From a virus (lineage: Duplodnaviria > Heunggongvirae > Uroviricota > Caudoviricetes): 41,462 bases of DNA. The notes below the pieces were generated by a model. It did not search any database. It was given only the letters and a program-made list of their open reading frames with translations, and was not told the DNA's origin. The stretch spans positions 1 to 41,462 of the IMG/VR virus record IMGVR_UViG_2778261298_000002. The stretch is one strand, 5' to 3'. Both the position numbers and the translations under genes were made by a program. Positions 36,834-41,462 of this stretch are shown here, piece after piece (positions within the stretch are counted from its first letter, which is position 1; each line of letters starts with the position of its first letter).

Positions 36834-37750
36834 GCAAGATTGACTATCAGGCACTGCGTGAAGCGGCGCAACTGGCAACACAGGGTGAATGGGTCGCATT
36901 TATTTCGTCTGGTACTGGTACATATGCGGTGCATACACCTGGTGATAAACGATGTGAAGACGTTATCAAATGGACCGGCTTTGATGGACAGAACAACGCA
37001 GAGAACAACGCTCGTTATATCGCAGCTTTCAACCCTGAAGTAGTGCAGGCGCTGCTGGATGAACGGGAAAGAAACCAGCAATACATCAAACGCCGCGACC
37101 AGGAGAACGAGGATATTGCGCTAACGGTAGGGAAACTGCGTGTTGAGCTTGAGGAAGCAAAATCAAAACTCAACGAGCAACGCGAGTATTACGAAGGTGT
37201 TATCTCGGATGGGGGTAAGCGTATTGCTGAACTGGAAAAACAATGCGCCGAATGGGAGCGAAAAGCATTAAGCAACTGTGAAGAGTGTGCTGCGATGGCT
37301 GAACGTATCGAAGAGATGCAGACAAAATCTGCGCCAGATTCGTTTGGCATCATCGGTGAAAATATTCGAACACAGGACAATCGAATAACGTCAGATCCCA
37401 TGTTTTGTGTGTATCAAAAGCGCGAAATCGTTGTTGATGCTGATTATGACCATGACCGGATTGTCTGGGTTGACGAAGATGGCAATGAAGCCAATAAACG
37501 CCATAGTCGTCGTCTCGAGCTACTTCATGAAAACTTTCGAGAGCCACCAGAAAAATGGCGGCGCGTTGCTGTGAAAGATATTGATGAATTCGTTACCTGC
37601 TGTTTCACCGAACAGGGTTGTAAAGACTACCTGGCAGTCAATGGTCACAATCTTCGCTTGCCATTTATATATGTAAAAAGCGGTTTCAGGAACGCTGAAT
37701 ATATCGGCATAAGAAACTGGCTTGCTGGCATTCGCATCAAAGGAGAGTGA
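36830..37750 (+). CDS. ead/Ea22-like protein
   Basis: 306 aa; N-terminal MSKIDYQALREAAQLATQGEW motif and central coiled-coil. Confidence 0.6.
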   Translation: MSKIDYQALREAAQLATQGEWVAFISSGTGTYAVHTPGDKRCEDVIKWTGFDGQNNAENNARYIAAFNPEVVQALLDERERNQQYIKRRDQENEDIALTVGKLRVELEEAKSKLNEQREYYEGVISDGGKRIAELEKQCAEWERKALSNCEECAAMAERIEEMQTKSAPDSFGIIGENIRTQDNRITSDPMFCVYQKREIVVDADYDHDRIVWVDEDGNEANKRHSRRLELLHENFREPPEKWRRVAVKDIDEFVTCCFTEQGCKDYLAVNGHNLRLPFIYVKSGFRNAEYIGIRNWLAGIRIKGE

Positions 37751-37751
37751 T

Positions 37752-38300
37752 ATGAGCGCTATAACCAAAGAACGTATCGAATTATTCATTAAAAATCAGC
37801 TTGATAACGGACTTACTCGTGGCGAACAAATGGAACTGGCACGAATTGCACTGGCATCGCTGGAAGCCGAGCCTGTAAGCCAAACTTACAACTTGCCAGA
37901 ATTAATCGAAGGGATGGAAGTTTCCATTGATGTAAGCACTTGTGATGCTGATTTAGGTAATCGCTATTTCGGCACCGTCACCGAGGCGTTAGAACTTGAT
38001 ACAGCCAAGAATGGTTACATCCTCCTGGTTCAGGACGCAGAGCCAAACTTCGATGTAAATGGCAACTCTCCGGGAACTCCGGATAGTTGGATAAGCTGTA
38101 GTGATCGAATGCCTGAAAAGGGCCAGAACGTGCTTATTTCGGTGAATTTCGATAGCTCTCTGGTTGAACCGCTAATATGCTCCGCACGCTATACCGGAAG
38201 CACCTTTCGGCGCGGAGATGCAACGATTAAGCCGGGTAATGGTATTGAGCAAGCAACTCACTGGATGCCGCTACCGGAACCGCCGCAGGAGGTGAAGTGA
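37752..38300 (+). CDS. DUF551-like protein
   Basis: 183 aa from MSAITKERIE (RBS AGGAGAG); C-terminal ..ATHWMPLPEPP. Confidence 0.5.
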   Translation: MSAITKERIELFIKNQLDNGLTRGEQMELARIALASLEAEPVSQTYNLPELIEGMEVSIDVSTCDADLGNRYFGTVTEALELDTAKNGYILLVQDAEPNFDVNGNSPGTPDSWISCSDRMPEKGQNVLISVNFDSSLVEPLICSARYTGSTFRRGDATIKPGNGIEQATHWMPLPEPPQEVK

Positions 38301-38872
38301 TGAACAACTTAATGATCGACCTTGAGACGATGGGGAAAAATAAGGATGCACCGATCGTTTCCATTGGCGCGGTGTTCTTCACTCCAGAAACCGGAGACAT
38401 CGGACAAGAATTCTATACGGTTGTTAGCCTGGAAAGTGCTATGGGGCAAGGAGCTACACCTGACGGCGATACCATCCTGTGGTGGTTGAAACAAAGCCCT
38501 GAAGCACGAGCTGCAATCTGTATTGATGATACTTTGTCGATCAGCGATGCACTCTCTGAACTGAACCATTTCATTAACCGGCACGCAGACAATACGAAAT
38601 ATTTAAAAGTCTGGGGTAACGGAGCCACCTTCGACAACGTAATTTTACGTGGGGCTTATGAGCGAGCAGGACAAATCTGTCCATGGGCGTACTGGAATGA
38701 CCACGATGTACGCACGATCGTTACGCTTGGGCGTTTCATCGGATTCGACCCCAAAATGGACATGCCTTTCGATGGCGAACGGCACAACGCCCTGGCTGAT
38801 GCCCGTCATCAGGCAAAATATGTTTCCGCTATCTGGCAGAAATTAATTCCTGCCACCAGCACAGAATTATGA
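38297..38872 (+). CDS. 3'-5' exonuclease (DEDD/DnaQ-like fold)
   Basis: 191 aa; N-terminal MIDLETMG (DxE motif), later NGATFD and H..ALADA motifs. Confidence 0.6.
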   Translation: MMNNLMIDLETMGKNKDAPIVSIGAVFFTPETGDIGQEFYTVVSLESAMGQGATPDGDTILWWLKQSPEARAAICIDDTLSISDALSELNHFINRHADNTKYLKVWGNGATFDNVILRGAYERAGQICPWAYWNDHDVRTIVTLGRFIGFDPKMDMPFDGERHNALADARHQAKYVSAIWQKLIPATSTEL

Positions 38873-38881
38873 TTTTCCCGG

Positions 38882-39190
38882 GTGCAGCCGGTTTTGATGG
38901 AGAAAATTATGAACACCTTGTTTTTACTGATGGCTGAATTCAATACCCCTAACATTGAACTCTCAGCAGTTAGCCAAAAGTACTTTGGCATGAGTCCAGC
39001 CACGGCAGAAGCAAAAGCAAACGCTTGTAAGTTGCCAGTTCCAACATATCGCATCGGCACATCACAAAAAGCAAAACGTTGCATCAATATTCAGGATCTT
39101 GCGGAATACATAGACAAAAGACGAGAAGAAGGACGTATCGAGTGGGAACAGGTCAGAACAGGCAAACAGAAGGGCAAAGAACATCACTAA
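38882..39190 (+). CDS. Putative excisionase / DNA-binding protein (Xis or PrtN-like)
   Basis: 102 aa; last gene of the early-left operon before a strong terminator. Confidence 0.45.
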   Translation: MQPVLMEKIMNTLFLLMAEFNTPNIELSAVSQKYFGMSPATAEAKANACKLPVPTYRIGTSQKAKRCINIQDLAEYIDKRREEGRIEWEQVRTGKQKGKEHH

Positions 39191-39191
39191 A

Positions 39192-39218
39192 GAAAAAACC
39201 CGCCTAAAGGCGGGTTTT
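39192..39218. terminator. Bidirectional rho-independent terminator
   Basis: aaaaaaCCCGCCtaaaGGCGGGtttt: 6-bp GC stem, 4-nt loop, A-run before and T-run after. Confidence 0.75.
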
Positions 39219-39237
39219 CAAAAAGCACCAGCTATGA

Positions 39238-39411
39238 TCATGCTGCTTTGCGACGACGAAGCTTACCCTGCTGCTCTTTACCAGAGACAGTAGCGTGAGT
39301 GAACGCATTAGGAGCAGCCTTCATCAGAACTTCAACAGCAGCACCCATACCTGCGAATGCTTTCATTGTGTCGAACTTAACCTGTGGCTTGGTTGCTTTT
39401 TGATCTTTCAT
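39238..39411 (-). CDS. Small hypothetical protein (57 aa, basic C-terminus)
   Basis: Hand translation MKDQKATKPQVKFDTMKAFAGMGAAVEVLMKAAPNAFTHATVSGKEQQGKLRRRKAA; RBS GGGAG 7 nt upstream; below the ORF-track cutoff. Confidence 0.45.
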   Translation of the reverse strand: MKDQKATKPQVKFDTMKAFAGMGAAVEVLMKAAPNAFTHATVSGKEQQGKLRRRKAA

Positions 39412-39607
39412 AGAAAACTCCCGAGACAGTAAAGGCGTCTCTAACCCTCTCTTTAAAGCTAGCTTGTTTCGCTAACTTATGCCAATCGATCATGTCGATT
39501 GGTGACATCGTTTCTTAGTAGTTTAAGCACAAAACGACTGCCATAGATGTACCTTTAAGGTAATCTGGACGGGTATCCTACAATTTGTAGCCCCTTCTCG
39601 TCTATAC

Positions 39608-40144
39608 CTACTGAGCAAATTTAAGAAAGATATCCTGCAGCTCATCAATGACTGCAGACATCACATAACCGCACTGTTCCATGCGGAAACCAAAAGACTC
39701 GTAATACTGCACCAGTTCTGGTACTGGCTCTACAATGTGGACAACTTTACATTCAACAGCTTTACAAAATATAAAAGCACTCATAAGAGTGAGTAAAACC
39801 ATGCGCCCTTTCAATGGGTGAGATTCATCTTCTCTAGAAAACCTTTCGATCATATGGATACGAAAGATGTTTTCTTCAACCCCATAAACACAAATTGCTG
39901 CTCCTGATGGTATTCCCTGAACCCGACCTTGCTGAACAAGTTTTATGCAGAACTCATACTTTTCTCTGGAGTTGCCATAGGTGCTTAACGCATAGTCCCA
40001 TTCAAGCTCACCATAGCCACCACACAGAATCTTGTAATCATCATCACTGAGCGGACCAACAGCAAGAGGTAAGCCGACATGATCAATAATCAACTGGATA
40101 TTGTTACGTACAGATTGACCTATCTCGTCTAGGGTAAGCATCAT
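39608..40144 (-). CDS. Hypothetical protein, possibly GNAT-like acetyltransferase
   Basis: 178 aa; AT-rich gene; weak resemblance to the GNAT acyl-CoA-binding core (..LKGRMVLLTLMSAF...YYESFGFRM). Confidence 0.35.
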   Translation of the reverse strand: MMLTLDEIGQSVRNNIQLIIDHVGLPLAVGPLSDDDYKILCGGYGELEWDYALSTYGNSREKYEFCIKLVQQGRVQGIPSGAAICVYGVEENIFRIHMIERFSREDESHPLKGRMVLLTLMSAFIFCKAVECKVVHIVEPVPELVQYYESFGFRMEQCGYVMSAVIDELQDIFLKFAQ

Positions 40145-40693
40145 AGACTCTCAAGCGGAACACTAAAAATCTCATTATATCTCATTCTGATGCCCCGCAT
40201 GGATTACACCTTGAAATGAAAACACCGGGTTCCCAATAGGCACCCACAAAGTGTATAACTACTTGTTTTTCAAAAACGGTACATCCTATCGAGCATTGGT
40301 GCAACGCTAAACCGACCACTCCAGTGAACGTCAGTTTTTTCAGGCATTGCGCTGGTTTGGTTGATTTTTTGCATTTCAGAATTACCGTGCATTTTCAAAT
40401 GTAGAGATTATTTTATCGATATATCATGGGGTTATGTTATTCAGCATCACTGTTCAGGAGGCTCAATAGCGGGGTACTATACCATAACAACAGGAAGCGC
40501 CTGTCTCATTGCAAAAGAAAATTGAGATCCTCTCAAGGCATGAAGCTCTCACGAAGTGATGGAAATAATCTTATTAGCCGTTAACTTTGTTAAGGCCAAT
40601 GATAAACAATCCAGGTTCGACGATAAATAAAAAATCACACATTAAACTCTGGTGATATATCTCCCTGCTAATAGCATTGATAGAGAAAAAAGA

Positions 40694-40717
40694 ACCCAAT
40701 AAATATTGGGTCCTTTT
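40694..40717 (-). terminator. Rho-independent terminator downstream of the 235-aa gene
   Basis: Hairpin acccaat/attgggt flanked by A- and T-runs. Confidence 0.55.
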
Positions 40718-40754
40718 ATATAATGCCTTCCATACTATCGAAGAACTTCACATA

Positions 40755-41462
40755 TTATTTCTCCGATTTAACCCCGAACAAATCATAAATTAATTTAGAA
40801 GTGTCTGTAAGTATTTTAATCTCTTCCTTTGAGGTTGGGTCAAACGACTTCGCGAAGCTAATTAATTGTGGTGCAGCATCTCGCATTTTGCTTAAAATAT
40901 CAGGATCGAGCGTTCCTTCATTCACCAGATGTGACATCTTATCCAGATAGCCATCAAAATTCATTTCTCCCCCATCAGCCAGACGCTTCATCTCTCCCAG
41001 GTACTTCTTCATATCACGTTGAGATAATTTTTCAAACTGAGCTTTCAGGTAGCTCTCATTATTTTCATTAATATACACTGTTTCTGATAAATCTGCGTAG
41101 GCACTAGAATATGAAAGTGAAATTAACAGCGAAGCAAATAATTTTAAGCTGTTGTCATCATGTTCCTGGCAGGCATTAACAAACGTTAAAAAACCAGAAC
41201 CTATTGCTTGAAAATGTATATTCGCTAAAGGTTCATTATCCTTAGATTCCTCATAAAATAGCTGAACCGTGGAGGGAAGGTCATTCTTAGTTTCTACATC
41301 AAAAGTACATTGTTCAATGGGCATTGCATCTTTATTATCCCCAAGATTACATATACTATTAATCGCGAAATGAAAAATAGCCCGGTCAACAACTGATGCA
41401 ATAAAGTCACGATCGTTTAAATCCTCATCAGTGCAATCGTCAATATACTTATTGACCCACAT
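40755..41462 (-). CDS. Hypothetical protein (235 aa in window; start codon sits at the window edge, may extend beyond)
   Basis: AT-rich ORF with no recognisable family. Confidence 0.4.
   Translation of the reverse strand: MWVNKYIDDCTDEDLNDRDFIASVVDRAIFHFAINSICNLGDNKDAMPIEQCTFDVETKNDLPSTVQLFYEESKDNEPLANIHFQAIGSGFLTFVNACQEHDDNSLKLFASLLISLSYSSAYADLSETVYINENNESYLKAQFEKLSQRDMKKYLGEMKRLADGGEMNFDGYLDKMSHLVNEGTLDPDILSKMRDAAPQLISFAKSFDPTSKEEIKILTDTSKLIYDLFGVKSEK

Noticed and set aside
39608-40144. GNAT-toxin / RHH-antitoxin (TacT/AtaT-type) pair
   Set aside because: No small co-directional antitoxin ORF sits immediately upstream; the nearest small ORF is downstream, behind a spacer, and shows no RHH features.

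Overview
The window is almost entirely one mosaic enterobacterial prophage (about 39 kb), read here from its tail end to its early/recombination end. All calls rest on reading the six-frame translations and the DNA by eye; no searches were run, so family names are recollections and start codons are approximate.

Layout, left to right:
- 1-1354: a dinI-like gene behind two LexA boxes, then an unannotated 231-aa zinc-ribbon protein sitting where e14 carries mcrA.
- 1381-4201: a Pin/Gin-type invertase gene (frameshifted) and an invertible tail-fibre segment flanked by 26-bp inverted crossover sites.
- 4205-14665: Mu-like contractile tail and baseplate genes (minus strand).
- 14640-21605: HK97-type head module, terminase, and an HNH endonuclease.
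- 21632-24109: lambda-like lysis cassette (spanins, R-like endolysin, S-like holin) and an orphan DNA methyltransferase.
- 24585-31257: late promoter/terminator, Q antiterminator, nin-like region (DUF968, KilA-N, RusA, LexA-DBD-only protein, Dam-type methyltransferase), replication gene with internal iterons, Cro-like gene.
- 31258-32320: divergent immunity switch with a CI-like repressor and duplicated operator/promoter clusters.
- 32397-34110: accessory region of tandemly duplicated small-gene modules, including a ClpX-zinc-finger mimic.
- 34131-39190: yfdP-to-yfdT-like block, Ea22-like, DUF551, 3'-5' exonuclease, Xis-like gene.
- 39238-41462: AT-rich cargo (small ORF, GNAT-like gene, 235-aa unknown); no integrase is visible.

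Best candidates for something undescribed: the 231-aa zinc-ribbon protein at 659-1354, and the duplicated convergent small-gene modules at 32397-33817.
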